A DNA stretch of 53,320 bases from Bigelowiella natans CCMP2755 (GCA_000320545.1 ADNK01001521.1:1-53320); one strand, 5' to 3'. Positions 12,745-27,967 are shown, counted from the stretch's first letter. Notes: generated from the sequence alone by a model not told the origin. Made by a program: numbers and translations.

Positions 12745-13488
12745 CATATATTTGTTAGATGAAGCTGCGAAAGTATATCCCGTTGTTATGCGAAGTGTTA
12801 TGCAAGAGCAACATGGAGCTCGACGGGAAGGTGCGTGTCGTTGCTGCTATACTATCAAGCGTTCCGACGGGGATTTGCAGCTGATGGAGAATATACTAAT
12901 TATTGACGACATGTAAGTGGTTCTTATCTTCTTTCACGCTAAGATCCGTAACTATTGGTCAGATCGTTGAGCACGAAGTAATGGTGGAAGGGCTAGACGC
13001 CGACACGCAGGACAACGGCTGTGGGCTGGGAATGAGTTTTGGGCGTTTTTTTGCCGGGTCACAATGCGATATGGTCGCTCTGATGGTCCGCGTGGAATCG
13101 GCTGAGTGAGTTTCTGCACAAAGAATATCAGCATACAAATATGTTCGTGTTATTTTTATTTTTCTAAGACGAAGACTTGATAGCCATCTTTGTTGTTTCA
13201 CCTTCTTTCATGACGCACTGCTTGACCCCCCCCCGCCCCCCCGCCCCTTGATGACGAATGCCCAGACTCGAAAAGGGCGTGATGTGGATGGGGAGGTTGC
13301 TGAAGAATGCTAGATTCACTCCTTCGCGTCTCCGGAATGCCTGCCAGCAGATGTGCACCGAAATCGCCGAGTATAAGGATGATCCAACGGACGTCCTAGC
13401 AGTTGTCCATGACGGCTACGTCCTGGAGGATAACTGCCCGGCAAGACTTTACAACTTCATGCTGCAGCACCGGTCGGTTGTGCTTGCG

Positions 13489-13530
<42 letters not shown>

Positions 13531-13964
13531 TGGAGCCCCAGCGGAACCGAACGCATTCAGAAGGGGGAGAGGAAGAGGAGAGGAGGGGGGGGGGAGAGAG
13601 AGAGGGAGAGAGAGAGCGTGAGTGAGTGAGTGTCCTAAATATTTACACTCTATTTACCATCAGCTTTCTGAGCCGCGTGGCCCATGCGCTCGAGGAAGCC
13701 GAAAGCCCCGAGGCGCAGAAAGTCGTACGCGACATGAGCGAGCTCTATGCGCTGCTCTTCCAGACCGGCAACATCGTCGTTCACACCTCCCTCGACGCGA
13801 AGAAGCTGAAGACACCCTCGCAGCTCGTCGAGGCCTGGGGTAAGACCGCAGTAGTAGGCGAGAAAGCATCGAGGGGGGTTACGCACCTGCAGCCACCACG
13901 ACGATTGAAGGAGCTTCCTAGCTTTCGATCGAAGCGGGCCTACTTGCGAAGGGCTCTGTTGTCG

Positions 13965-13996
<32 letters not shown>

Positions 13997-15396
13997 ATCG
14001 CCAAAGCAGCCTTCCACCGCGGCCGCTACGAATGGCGAAAGGAAAGGAGCGCGTGCAGGCGTCGTGTACATGGACAGCAATGAGACGGGGTACTTACGGC
14101 TCTCGACGCCTTTGCCAATCGGCTTTGGCCCAAAACACAGGGACTACGCCGCGTTAAGAGTGCTCATCCAGGTGAGCGATGCTCTTTCTTCCTCTTTGAC
14201 GTCAACCTCCCCTTTACCCATGCGCCTCTCCAAGGCCTCATCTAAATATGACTAGTAGTAACACAGAAATAGCATTACAATAACAACAGTACAATGAGTG
14301 TGTCCTTCGCCCTTGCTCTTATACCGTCAGCTTCTCACGGCCGCCGAGGGGCCGATGTGGAGGCGCATTCGCGGACGCGGACTGGCCTACGGATACAACC
14401 TATATGTAAGCAGCACCAGCGGCCTCCTTACCTTCTCACTCTCGCGCTGCAAAGATATATACGCGGCGTATTCCGAGGCGAAGGACATTGTTCTCGGCTT
14501 CGATCTCTCATCCACGGCGTCATCGGACGAGAAAAGGGAGAAGGGGAACGACAAGGGGGGAGAGGGGGGGAGCGGAGATAGCGGAGGCGGCAACGATGTG
14601 ATCTTGGATGTCGATGCGGCGAAGTCATCCCTGATTCTCACCGAGGTTGTTCCTTCAGATTTGAACGTGCCTGTGCAAGTGTATTTGAAGTATTCTGCAG
14701 AAATGTTGGTGTGTGCGTGCGTATGTCTTGCTGAAGCATTCTCATTCTTTGTTGATTGTTTTGAAGGTGGAGCCGGTGAGCAGCGCCATCGCTGCAGCGT
14801 ACGACGTCGTGTCCGCACTTTTCCACCGTCTCCCTCCTCACTCTTATCTTCCCGACCAGCTGGCACGCTACCAGGCCGTCAGCAAGGACGAAATCGCACG
14901 AGTCGCTGAGAAGTACCTCGCGCCGATATTCTCAAGCGACAACTCAAAGCGCACAATGGTTGTTGTCACTGGCCCCGAGAAGAAGAAGAAGAAGGAGAGC
15001 ACCGCTACTCCTAACGAGGATGGGGAACTGAAACGCAGCGACAAGTCAGAAGATGGTAGCGATGAGGATGAGGATGAGGATGAAGATGATGAGACGGGAG
15101 GAGAGGAAAGGGGGGTGGAGAAGGAAGAGGAGGAGGAGGAGGAGGACAAGGGTGCAGTGAAAGCGTCCACAACAACATCCAGTAGTTCCTTCAATGAAAA
15201 CCGCCCCTACCCTGAGACACAGCCGTTGTTTGAATTGCTGGAGGAAAGGGAGAATTTCCGAGTCACCAAGCACCACTTCGCAGCTGGCGACGAGGGTGGC
15301 AACGACAAGGCTAATATCCACACAAAGCCGACGACACTGCCGCATCATAGTCTTGATGATGTGCTTCTTTTGGGTAACGATGTGACGATGATATGA
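9020..15396 (+). CDS. M16 (insulinase-family) zinc metallopeptidase, C05D11.1/yeast YOL098C-like, many exons
   Basis: KGIPHTLEHLIFLGSK (HXXEH), YPYKGLLD..ANRCFSDGTNAWT..DHTCYT, GVVYCEME, ETGG, FHQQFYTPRNL, EGPMWRRIRGRGLAYG; acidic tail to the stop at 15396. Confidence 0.9.
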
Positions 15397-16495
15397 TTGG
15401 TGGTCATAAGTACCGATGAATGATGTTTTCTGGGTTCTCCCTCCCCCCCCCCCCCCCCTCCCCCCATTCTATAAGTAAGTCTCATTACTGTTTGAAACGC
15501 TTTGATGTGGTAACAACCTGGAAAAGGTACTGAGCCTGCTGCTTCTGTACCAAAACGGGATGCGAGCCTTTGTGGATCTTCGTATTCGCTTGGAAAATCG
15601 ATGGCAAACGTGCTCACAGCAACAGCGGCAATGATAGCTATAATGAAGCTTGTTCAAATTTTGAGGAGATTATGAATTCGCCAATTTAGAGTCATGTTGT
15701 GACAACAAGTCTTAGCGCGGCGCAAGCAAAGTGACACATGTACAAGGTACGTTTTAAACACCTCACATCGTCGCCACGTTTATGCAAGACCATATTAGTG
15801 ACAGATGCAATGAATGAATAAATGACATTCTTTCAATCATACACATGTATATGTGGGTACATACATGTACATGCATGTGTATGTGGTGTGATCACGCTTC
15901 TGGCTAGAATATGCTTGCATTGTTAAAGCGTCGCTTCGCATCGTACATATTACACGTACGCAGTAGATGCCACTCTATCTGTGGGCTAATCATGTTGTCA
16001 GCCATGATGAACATGTAATACTACATGTGCAAGCGAATAACCTTGCCCACCTTCTAGCCTCGAGCAGCTTTGGACACGTTAGATGTGCAAGATCGATGAA
16101 TGTGAAATTCACTTTCACATCACTGCTCGCGGGATTTCCTCATCATGGTAGGTATCATCATTTCTAGCTAGCATTGTTACTGCTGTACGACGCGGCAAGC
16201 AGCGTCACTAGCGAGCACATGAACCACACCAGCATGCCGGAATGCCAGGCTTTTGGTTGTGCCTCAGTGGCATCTGTGGACAGCATGATTCTTGTGACGC
16301 TTCGACAATAATAAAGCGCGATTCGTCTGTGAAAATTGGCACAGCATTGTGTGCGCACGTGTGTGGAACTGCGTTCATCTGTGCTGTGCCAGGCTACGCG
16401 TATGCATAGCTACATGCTCCGGCATGCACGATGCTGTGTTGCTGTTTGTTAATTCGTTAAATGCATGCATAGCTTGGCTGCTACATTATACAATG

Positions 16496-16552
16496 TGAGA
16501 CGGATGCAATGTCATGATTAAATTTTTTCAATAGTCATCCTAATGTAGCTGT
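16496..16552. repeat. Copy of the MITE terminal repeat
   Basis: tgagacggatgcaatg..ttttttcaatagtcatcctaatgtagctgt is the reverse complement of the 6533-6595 type. Confidence 0.7.
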
Positions 16553-16612
16553 TTAACGTAGCTGCGTCATTGCATTCCGGTACTCGTTATTCTCGTTATG
16601 CATGATAAAGTT

Positions 16613-17354
16613 CTAGTCTAAAGATTTGCATCGAATCGAATGACCGACACGGCATGCAGCACACGGATTTAAACTATCCTGCTCTTGTACACCGGCTGTG
16701 GTCGTGTAGCGCGAGAAGAAATTCTTCCCACACACATCTGGATCAAATTCACCCCATGATCTGGAAAATAATTAAATGGAGCTCATCAATCCCAAGCTCA
16801 TTCAGATATCAAATATTAAGCCCCTCCCGCACCAACGAGTTGAAATTCAAATGCCGGGTACAGACTATAAGATTAGAAGATTCAGACGCCATTCTCACCT
16901 TCCCGCTCGTCAGCCATGCAATCTCATTCAAACCTAAGACATATGCGTGGCCAGGCAGCAGCGCACGTAAATTCCAAGGCATTTACGGGACAGCGGCATC
17001 GCTTATTACCTCTGTTAAAGTACGTCCACGCTGTGTCCCGGGAGAACCACACGACCAACAAAACAGCCAACCTTTGCAACGTTCAAAATCAGCATGTGAA
17101 GTCCTTAACACCCCCACTCATTGTGCATTGTGCGACTCCTGTTTAGTGGGGTGTGGAGGCGAGTTTGGGGGTTTACAATTAAGCATTTTGGAGCACGACC
17201 TTTTGGCAAAGGCCGTCATGCGAATCGGGTCCTTCATAGACTCCAGACTGCTTGTTAACCTGTAAAGCATTATGCGGCGATCCCCCTTCTCAACCATCCA
17301 TTCTGTGTTCAACGCATGCCCGAAAAGGGTTGGCGCGTTCGGTGTGTGTGTGCG

Positions 17355-17394
<40 letters not shown>

Positions 17395-17824
17395 TGTGCT
17401 TGTGTTGGGTACTCCTCACCAGCTTGGCTGCCTGGTGCGCAGACACGCCATTGCACTTCGTTTTGAGGCGACCTTTGATTCGCGCGAAAGGATGAAAGAA
17501 GAGCTTAGGAATGAGGGAGTTGTTGTTGAGCGCTTTTGCTTTCACATCTGGGCTTGCTGACTCTAACTTGCGCGCACACACAAATAGATAACACGGACGA
17601 CTACATGCTATCGTGCTATCGACGCGTATCGGCTTCTTCGTAGCCCAATACCTGCAGAACTTTGACGTAATTCTTCATTTTATGCTGACTGAGCGACTTT
17701 CCGAACTCTAGGAAGGCCAATGGCGCCTGGAGCTCGTGCAACTCTTTCTGATGGGGGAAGATGTGGGATCGGTCGATCAGTCGAATTCATAGCATTGTCA
17801 TTGGGGAACATATTGAGCTTTGGA

Positions 17825-17861
<37 letters not shown>

Positions 17862-18710
17862 TGTATATATGTGCTACTACGCCGCCGCTCACTGCCGCGC
17901 AAATGAGCAGAATAGACAGCAGCAACACGACCCAACAACATGATCCACGCTCGCGCACCATCCATCGCTTCGGGTTCTCCCAAACTTGGCCGTTTTGAAA
18001 GAGGATGTAATCCGCTGAGAGAGTAGTAATAGTTGTAGTAGTAGTAGTAGTAGTAGTAGTAGCAGTAGGATGAGGAGGAGGAGGAGGAGGAGGGCCAGTA
18101 AACGTGGAAACATCACCGACGATCATTAACAACGAAAAAAGAAATTAATTGTCATCTAACGCTTCACCGAGACGAATGAAACTAGAGGTGATGACTCTCT
18201 ATTTGTATAATTGTATATGTATAGGCGTGTGTGCGTGCGTGTGTGCGTGCGTGTGTGTGTGTGTGTGTTTGCAAGGAGTGAAGATGACAATACCTGTGCC
18301 GCAGTGTCGGAACAGCCCTTCCTTGCCTATAGTGTGAGCATATACAAGAAAATAGTCCATTATGCAAAATATAGCAGCAAAACCACCACTATTAGCAGCA
18401 GCAGAGAGCAAGAATATGTTGGAAAGCACTTGGTCTCATGATACCCCAGCCACGACACATGTAGGTTATTATTATTGCAAAGAAGGGTCCAAAAAGAAGC
18501 TGATCGTACTATTTCATGTTAACATGTCTGGAAACAAAATGCTCGCGCGTATTCCTTGTTATTTTTTGAATAAGTATTCTTCTATGGTGACTCTAGGTGA
18601 TGGGTGGCGATGCTGACCAAATTGAATTCTGCAGATCGAAGGTACGAATATCAGCACCAAAAGAAAAATCACCTGTTTAGAACAGTGTCACGCCTTTGAT
18701 AAATATATTC

Positions 18711-18767
<57 letters not shown>

Positions 18768-18975
18768 CTGTGTGTGTGAAGAGTATATGTGCGTGTTTCA
18801 TGTGATGGAATCCAACGCAAAATGTACATGCACACGCGCACAGCGAACATACATAATTGCAAACGCAAGAAATAAGCTGATAATGCACGAGCGGCTCTCT
18901 GCTATTGCTCACTTGAAGTGCAAGCAGCTTTTGGTAGAGCCTCGAGAAGAACTCCCCTGTTCCGGAACTGCATAC

Positions 18976-19014
<39 letters not shown>

Positions 19015-19515
19015 AATGCACAGAAAGGAAAGTGGATTTTGATCGACACTCTTGCGCCGCACTCAGTTCTAATCGTCCATATCGTGTTGGCATTCTTTTG
19101 TTTTTCAACTTCCATAGCACCTTCCCCCGCCTCCCAGGTGGCGAATGATGTCTTCGATTAGGTGACGATAGAGGTACTGTGGGCAGAAAAGGGGGAGGAA
19201 AGAGAAGGCAAATGCGATAACACGGTCAGGGTGGACAACACAGAGGCGCGCAATAAAGATTAAGATCTACCTGAACGACGATGGCTACGAGAAAATGCTG
19301 ATTTCTGTGTAGGAATCCGACCTGAGTATGAAGCAGTAGTAGGGGGGGGGGGGGGGGGGCATAAACACAATAATTTCCACCTTAAATTAGTCCGCGGATG
19401 GCTGTATGAATGGATACCGTACCGCTGGGTGGGGGAGGGAACATATTAGATCCTGGTCGTTCTTGACACGCTTTGCCCTGCGGACATCAATATTCTTGTG
19501 AAAAAAAATATATTA

Positions 19516-19557
<42 letters not shown>

Positions 19558-19730
19558 TAATTAAAATGTGTGTGGGTTTATCAGTGAGGATATGCTACGA
19601 TAGCGGCACGCACAAGCACTACTCACCTTCCATTAGGAAAGAGTTTACAAACGGCTGCAGCTAAAGACTCGTTCCCGCATCGTGGTGCGCCGAAGGTTAT
19701 GGTCTGTGTGTGCCCCCGAGCACATATTGA

Positions 19731-19786
<56 letters not shown>

Positions 19787-20147
19787 CATGAGCTTCCTGT
19801 AATCATCTGATGCGACAAGTGCAGCTGACATATATGTATTCACATATCGCTAGCATGACTATGTTCATCATCACGATTGTACCAACACCTGTATGCGGAC
19901 TTGTGTGAGGTCTTGTGCGTAAACCGATCTGAGCACGATCATCACCATCACCGTCGTCATCGTCATCGTCATCGTCAGCAGCATCATCATACCCAAGAAG
20001 AGTTAACCATCTCAAAACGGATGCAAATTGCGGATGTGTCGTGCTGGCTGTTCCTTGTTTCAAAAGGATACGGAAGGCGCCGCAAAGCAAAACCACAGCA
20101 TTCGTAGTAGTATATCTTGCAGCGTGCGCCTTCATTTCGTCTCTATG

Positions 20148-20182
<35 letters not shown>

Positions 20183-20349
20183 TGCTGTCGGGTTGTGTGC
20201 GCGCGTGTGCGTGCGTGTGTGCTTGCATACATAGCGCGCAAGGACCTGATTGCATGTGTGAGCGCATAATCGACCTGTGGAGTGTTAAACATAAATACAC
20301 ACACCAGCACACCATCACACGTGATGATTTATACGCACATACGTTTTTA

Positions 20350-20386
<37 letters not shown>

Positions 20387-20594
20387 GGGAGGGGGGGGGG
20401 GGGGAATCAAAGTACACATTTCTGGCACTATTCTAACGAATGCTGAAGATGGCCTGAACTACCGCAGATATCGTAGCGCAGGCTCCTCCTGAGATCATGT
20501 AATATTCACCCGCTCAATATCTTGATAAAGACGCGTGAGACACAACTTTATATCTTCTTCTTCTTCTTAGGCGTGCATGGCCACGCGTGTATGC

Positions 20595-20625
<31 letters not shown>

Positions 20626-20757
20626 AAACGTGTGTATCTGCACCAAGCGAGTGGCCAGTGAACATGACGTTGCGGGCACCATTTTCAACCTAAAGATGAA
20701 TGATGGTAATACTTAGTCTACGAAGACCGAGAGTACCCTCCAGGACACGGCACGCTT

Positions 20758-20807
<50 letters not shown>

Positions 20808-22138
20808 TCCATTTTTTGTGTGCGAGTACCGCTTGGGCGACGAAATCAAGGACGTCCGAGCGCACATGCTCATATCGCATATTAAACCCTGAGCAGCAGC
20901 AGCGTGTTTAACAATAAACAGAGATAAGGAAGGGAGGAATGCTGCATCTGCTTGCATGCAGTTGAGGAGGAGAACGGCCTAATTAGCATTTTCGTCCGAG
21001 AGCCCATCCCTTCCCCACAAAGCGGCTGAGTCTCCATGTCCCTCTTCCTTCTCTTCCTCCTCCTCCTCCTCCTCCTCCCCTCCCTTCCCTTTGGTCTGCA
21101 CCTGTGTGGATCCGTATGCGTTCTAACAGCGGCAGGAGAGCGAACAATCGAGACGCTTTGTCATCTGCGTGGTGGTGAGAATAAGGGGGGGGGGGGGGGG
21201 CAGAAACATGAGAGCGAGGGGAGGGGCAGGCATCGACTTAGAGTAGCATCTACCAGTCGAGCACTTTTGTTCGGAAAAACGCTTGAAGTTGTCCGTTTTG
21301 TACTTTTGATGAAGATAGTCCGTAATCTAATGTGAAGAGTTTCAATATTAGGCGCACGCGCGTGTGTACGTGTGTAAGTACCGCGATGAACGACATATTA
21401 TATGTGCAGCATCATTATTATTATTATCATTATTATTATTATTTATTATATTACATGCTTGATATATAGCGGCTGGCAGAACCCGACGTCCAAATCCACC
21501 TGAGATCGAGCATATCTCAGGGCACACATTCCTGGTAGTATTGTACGCTATATTGACGACGGACGCTATTCTTGGGCGTTCATATCCTCCCAAAGATGGT
21601 TCATTCTGTTGGCGAACAAGGCGCTGCTGCTAACTCACATATCACGAGTTGGTGTTGCTGCTATGGTTCTACAAGCGGAGAAGGGCCTTGATTGGCGCGA
21701 ATGAATGCATGTGCTGCTGCGACTCCGCGCGACATCACGATCATTATCAGGAAGAAGAAGAAAAAGAAAAAGAAGAAGACTGAAAAGAGGGATTCTAATG
21801 TTGGCAATTGACGAGGCTATGATAGCCTCAGGCCACCTGAACGTCGTCTCTTGTCTTTGTGCCCCGAAAGCACACGATGACGCTCTTGTGATGGTGCGCC
21901 ATAAACACGCACGTACCGGATCGATCCTGAGATTGTTGTCGTTTTCATGGCGGGAAATGATGATGATGATTATACTGATGATGATGATGATGATGATGCT
22001 GATGAAGAAGAAAACATGCGTCCAGAGGAGGGTGATTCTTAATAACATCCCCCCTAAGTTTCAGTGATTATACTCTGTGTACCTAGACGATCAAGATGAC
22101 ACTTGTAGATTGACTAGAGTGGCTTCTCATACACTGGA

Positions 22139-22170
<32 letters not shown>

Positions 22171-22297
22171 TTACTCACTGAAACTACTCTTAAAGTCCAC
22201 CACGACTACTTCTCTTTTGGTAGTACCATTCCACTCATATATACTAATACCATCGCTACTGCTGCTACTACTGTTACTACTACTATTACTACTACTA

Positions 22298-22337
<40 letters not shown>

Positions 22338-22548
22338 AATGCACGCACATCAGGGTGAAAATGGACGAATTTGGTGTTCTTTTCCGTCCAGTTTTCGAAG
22401 CCAGAAATCGTCCGCAGCAGCGGTAGGATGCCATCTATTTGGTTCAGATTTAATAAGAGTGTATTATTACATGTTATTATTTGATGAGAATGTATGTGGG
22501 TTCAGATTCAATAGAATGTATAACATGTTATTATTTGATGAGCCATTT

Positions 22549-22579
<31 letters not shown>

Positions 22580-24153
22580 ATCATGAACGCAGCACATACA
22601 CACCCCGGTCGGTGATGTAATGAAGATTTGCCACTTTCCCCCATTTATCGAGCTTTTGCACGGTTTGAGGGGCTGCTTCCAAAGCCTCCACTTGCGTGTA
22701 TTTTAGCATGGGTGCAACCTGTGATATAACAACAACAACAACAACAACAACAACAACCTAGGTCATTCAAGATCCCGTTGTATTGACTGGTGGCAGAATA
22801 ATGAGAGGGGGGTGGGTGGCAGGGAACAAGGATGATGGGGGTAAAATATCATAAAAGCATCATCGTGTCTGGGAGGAAAGGTGGATGCTGCAAACGCCTA
22901 TTGACTGCAACGACGAATTTTGACGTAGCTGAACTCGAGAACATCGGTGTTTCTGCTAAAATGCTCTTCTAAGACCCCATTGGGCAGACCAACCAGGATG
23001 TGGTATACGAGGCTGCAGACCATGCTGATCCATGTTAGTAGATAAAACCCCGACAACTAATTTTCCAAATATCAGAGCAACGTTCACCATGAGTGTGAAC
23101 ATGTTGCAAATATTTGTGTACATATTATATATACATTATTTATTTATGTGTGTGTGTGTGTGTGTGTGCGCGCGCGCGCGTGCGCGTCGGAAAAAAGCCT
23201 TTACGCACGCGGATGTATATTAATATATCACTGTTCGCGTTATCTTTTTAAGAATATGAGAATAACCAAATAGGGATCGTTGTCGTGCCCATCGACAGAG
23301 AGGTAGTAATGCACTGTTACAAAGTACAAGTACATCAGCACGTGAAGCACAATCCGAATCGTCACTTCCAACGATCATAGAGAGATTAAATAAACTGTGT
23401 ATGATACCAATGACAAAGAGCGCGATTGCAATAAATCCTAGTATCGATGTTTGGTAAGTCGCTTTCCGCCATTCCTGTCTGCGCCGTAAGATCTGATTGG
23501 GAGACGCTACGATGAATGGGAATGAAAATGGCGACACACATACGCACACACACACACAAGACACATATTATCCATCTTGCTTGGTTTTTGTACGTCTTTG
23601 AAATCTAGGTGCAATTCGTCAACGAATTCCATGATGCTCCTGCTAGTTGTGCTGGATCGCATAAGCTTTCTACGCTGCTTGCTCCGACTATATATTCACA
23701 AAGAAACCGTCGTCGTGTCAGGCTAGCACATCTTTGATGATGAAATAATACAAACTGGGCGATGGGAGAGTAGAATTTGCGCCCCTTGCAAAAAAATCCA
23801 ACACCATCATACAAAGGTTCCCACCTTTTTCGAAGCGACTTAGACTCATAAGTAGGTTGGGGGGTCAGTGTAGTTTGCCGGCGTGCACGGGGTGGGCTCA
23901 TGCTATTTTCGGGCAGAATATCTTTCGTGATGTTGGGCGCGCTCTGTCTCGGCGAGCAATCCAAGAGGCCATCGCCGTGGGACTCAGGCGTGGGGAGAAA
24001 TTCGCCGCTATGCCGTGTTTCCGCTGATTCTAGACCGGCGAGGGGAATGTAGGACGAGATTTCAACAGGTGTTCGAATGCATAAGAAATAGATAGTTGGA
24101 ATACAAAAAGGATATAAAGGCTGCTGTCGCTGTTACCAGTTGCTGTTTGCTGT

Positions 24154-24191
<38 letters not shown>

Positions 24192-24560
24192 AGGTTGCTC
24201 TTACCGTGGCGTTCGAAATCGAGGTAAGGGACATCGACGTCCTCGTCAGGAAGCGCTCCTAAACTCTGGGTCAACCGGATTTCCGGCACCTTCATTCCGG
24301 GGAAACGGCTTAGGTGGGCCCTTCCTTCCGATTCGTCACTGTCTTCGAGGTTGTCCTCCTCGCCTTTCGTCGAGACCTTGACGGTTGGCACCTGGGAGAA
24401 TAAAATGTATGTCATTGCATTAATATGACACACAAATAATTCCATCCCCTGGAAATGGCGAATCGCACGTCTCCTTCATTATTTCGATGGACACGAGTGG
24501 TTTACTTACCGTTGAGATGAGCTCTCCCGATTCGGGTCGGACGGGAGGTCGGGAGGCCAT
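16613..24560 (-). CDS. Class-3 lipase (alpha/beta hydrolase) with an N-terminal hydrophobic segment, many exons; 3' end uncertain
   Basis: ATG at 24560 (MASRPPVRP). Exons encode a TM-like SILGFIAIALFVIGII, SVIVCFRGTKTRDDVQVDL, GFNMRYEHV, VMFTGHSLG-GA, TFGAPRCGN, RVKNDQDLICSLP and QHKMKNY (catalytic Ser/Asp/His motifs). Confidence 0.75.
22441..22542. repeat. Imperfect tandem duplication (~58-bp unit) in a lipase intron
   Basis: ggttcagatt.aata..a.tgtat..acatgttattatttgatgag occurs twice. Confidence 0.7.
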
Positions 24561-25314
24561 TTTTTGAGGGAAATCTCGCAAGAGAAGTGAGGTTTAAACC
24601 CTCGCCTGATTTATCCCACCCCCGGCGTTGAGCAAGCTTTCTGCCTGCCAAGCACCGCTCACAGATGATCCGAATTCTTTCTCAACACAACAGAGAGTGA
24701 TCTTTTGAATGCTCTGTGCCTATCCCTTATTATCATTTGGAAACGACGACGTTTCCAACATACATGGCCTTCTTTTTGGTACGACAGACGTAAGATGTAG
24801 TCTTTGTACGAAAATCATATGTAATATTTCATATATAATCGTGTATATAATTTATCCTGTGAGATCTTTGAGCGATCTTGTGTTATATCTAGTTGTTGTT
24901 TGAGATGTGCAGCTTTTTACGTGTTTCTCGGTACGATATTTATTCGGTGGTTATCTACCATTGTTGTCTTTTCGCTACGATATATGCGGGTACTTTCTTG
25001 GTGTTTACACAGTTCCTGTCCGAGATCAAATCGCAGCTCTTCAGGTTGTCGAGTGGGTTTTTTAGGTGGTTTTGTTGAAGTTTCCCCGTGTTTGCTGATC
25101 GGATCCAACTCCATTTGGAATCTAAGTCCTTTGTTTACGTGCGACAAGGAAAACGACCTGACTATTGTCACGGATGGGGGTCACCAGTCGGAAATGAAAT
25201 GCGGCGTGCTTACGACCCATGAAGATTGGATAATTTTTCAAGGGGAAAACATCTAATACTTTATATATTATTTCAGCCAACAGCCTCCGTTACGCCTCAT
25301 CAGCCTCAAATTCC

Positions 25315-27967
25315 ATGACGACCATGCTCCTCCTCCCCCTCCTCGCCTTCGCCATAAGGTAGCAAATGCAGGTTGCCTTCCGATCTAGAAATCTAGCTTA
25401 TTTTTTTATTATGTCAGCGGGTCGCACGCGCTTATCCCGGGCAGCATGGCCGCAGACGCTGATGAGGTCATTTCGCTTCCTGGCTGGGATGATGCACTCC
25501 CTTCTCGCCATTTCAGTGGCTATCTCTCAGCTTCGGACACCAAGCACCTCCACTATTACTTTGTGCAAAGTGAGAACAACCCTGCCACCGACCCTGTTGT
25601 CTTCTGGTTCAATGGTGGTCCTGGATGCTCCAGCCTGGACGGTACTTCATTATTTAAATTGATAGGCGAATTGACCGAATCCCTTGCTTGTTTCGATAGG
25701 ATTCTTCTACGAGCACGGTCCCTTCCGCATCGACCCCCAGAACTTCACACAACTCGTTCGTTTCGAAAATACCTGGGCAAAGTTGGCGAATATGGTGTAC
25801 ATCGAGGCACCGGTTGGCGTGGGATTCAGGTCTGCTGTAATCTTCACTTCAATGTGTCGGTTCCATGCCGTACTGTTCATTATTCTCATCACTTTGGATC
25901 GAACGCACGATAATAAGTTATTTCTTTCTTGCCATGCTCCTGCTTCGCTCTTTCTTCTGATGGACATTCCGCCATACTCCTACTAGCTACTCTGACGACC
26001 CTGAGAAGGACTACAAGTGCAACGATGACACCTCGAGCCAAGACAACCTCCACGCAGTCGAATCTTTCTTCGCCAAGTTTCCTTCCTTCAAGAACCATGA
26101 CATGTTCATCACCGGAGAGAGCTACGCAGGGGTATACGTTCCTACTCTCGCCGAAGCTATTGTCTGGGCGATGGGGAATGGGACTTACACCGGTAGTTGC
26201 TGCGACCAAATAATGGGCACAGAAGATCCTATAGTGTATTTCTTGTTATGGGAGGTTGTTATTATCCGACATCTCTCTCTCTCTCTCTACTCTACTCTAC
26301 TCTACTCTACTCTCTCTCCCCACCCCACCCTCATTGTTTCTACAACCTGTATCACCCGACTAGGCGCTCCCTTGAAGGCCATTGCAGTTGGCAATGGGTG
26401 CACGGGAACAGAAATCGGCGTCTGCGGGCCTGATAGAGACTTCTTCACGGCAGAGTATCTCATGAGCACCGGGTTCATTCCTCAAGGTAATGAATAATGG
26501 CGGCTCAGCTACGACATATGATGGAAGGCATGGTGATGATAATGGTGATATGGTGCGAGTATGGAGCACGATGGACCCGCTCAGTTTGAGAATCGATTTA
26601 CTGTTATTATTCACGCGCTCGTGTGTGGGTTATTTTACGCGACTTCCTCTTTTTGATCTCCCTAGTCTCTGCCCCTTCTACATATCTCTTCCTTTCCCTC
26701 TTCGCCTTCCTGAAACTTGCTTCTCTCAGCCTCGAAGGAACAACTCGCTGCAAACTGCGATTTCACTCTCCCCCCCAAGCCCTTGTCCAAAGAGTGCCTC
26801 GGCGTGTTCGACAACCTGCAAAAAGTGGTGGGACCGCTCAATCTCTACAATGTCTACGGAGAGTGTATTCACGGCCTCCCGCCTTCCAGCGACGAGGAGG
26901 ATGCTTCTTCTTCTTCTTCCAAGACTTTCCACAAGGCTCCTCTACATAGCCAGGTGGAGATTCTTCATCGTGTTGTTGTTGATGTTGTTGTTATTGTTGT
27001 TGTCGTTTTATTACAACTGTGTAATACACACATAACACGGAGCGTTGATTTTTGGTGTGTATGTGCCTCAAATATGCAACATTCGCAGCAGCACAAGGCG
27101 CCCAAGCTGGGCCTCTCAGCGTGCCTGGACTCTATAGCCGCCTCCGCGTAAGAGTGAAACACATCAACAAGAGAGAGAGAGAGCACACACACACACACAC
27201 ACACAAGAAGAGAGGGGAAGAAAATCTCTTCAGCTCTCTTTGTATCCGATCCCAACCTCCTCCTCCTCCTCTTCCCTTTTGCTAATAAATAGGTACGTCA
27301 ACCGTCCCGAGGTGATCAAGGCGATGCACGTGAAGCCCATCGATTTCACATGGGCGACATGCGCTTCTGCGAAGGGCTGGAGCTATGACTCAACGCGCCC
27401 GAACCTCCCACGTGATACATATCCTTTGCTGCTTGAGCATATGCGGGTGGTGATCTACAACGGCGACTGGGATGCATGCGTGCCTTACACCGACAACGAG
27501 GCCTGGACCTCCTCTATGGGGTAATATTACGTGTTAGCTAGTATGTATGCGTGCGAGGAGGAGGTGGAGGATGAAGCTTATCAGTAATGTAAATATATTG
27601 CATAGCAGAAGGAGGTGAACATCAATGATAGCAGTGGTAGTAGCAGTAGTTGTAGTAGTAGAAGTAGTAGTAGTAATAGGAGGAGGAGGAGGAACTAAGA
27701 ATCTAGATCTTCCTTCCCACCCCCCACACCCGTTTTAAGTATTGCCAACAGTAATAATATAACCGACATTTCATCAGTCTGAATACGGCCAAGCCTTGGC
27801 ACTCCTGGACTTACAAAAACGGCACCCAGATCGGAGGATATGCTACTGTTTATGAGGGAAATCTTACGTTCACTACCGTGCGCGGCGGTCGCCATGAGGT
27901 ACCAGAAACCGCTCCGGAGAAGGCTTTCGAGCTACTACGTAGGCTAATCTCTTCCGAGGCTTTTTAA
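25315..27967 (+). CDS. Serine carboxypeptidase (peptidase S10), secreted, multi-exon
   Basis: Signal-like MTTMLLLPLLAFAI; HFSGYL, FWFNGGPGCSSLDG, YIEAPVGVGFSY, ITGESYAGVYVP, AVGNG, IYNGDWDACVP, TVRGGRHEVP. Confidence 0.95.

Noticed and set aside
16654-17265. 203-aa plus-strand ORF
   Set aside because: No recognisable motif. It overlaps GT-AG-bounded minus-strand segments that more likely belong to the lipase gene's 3' end.
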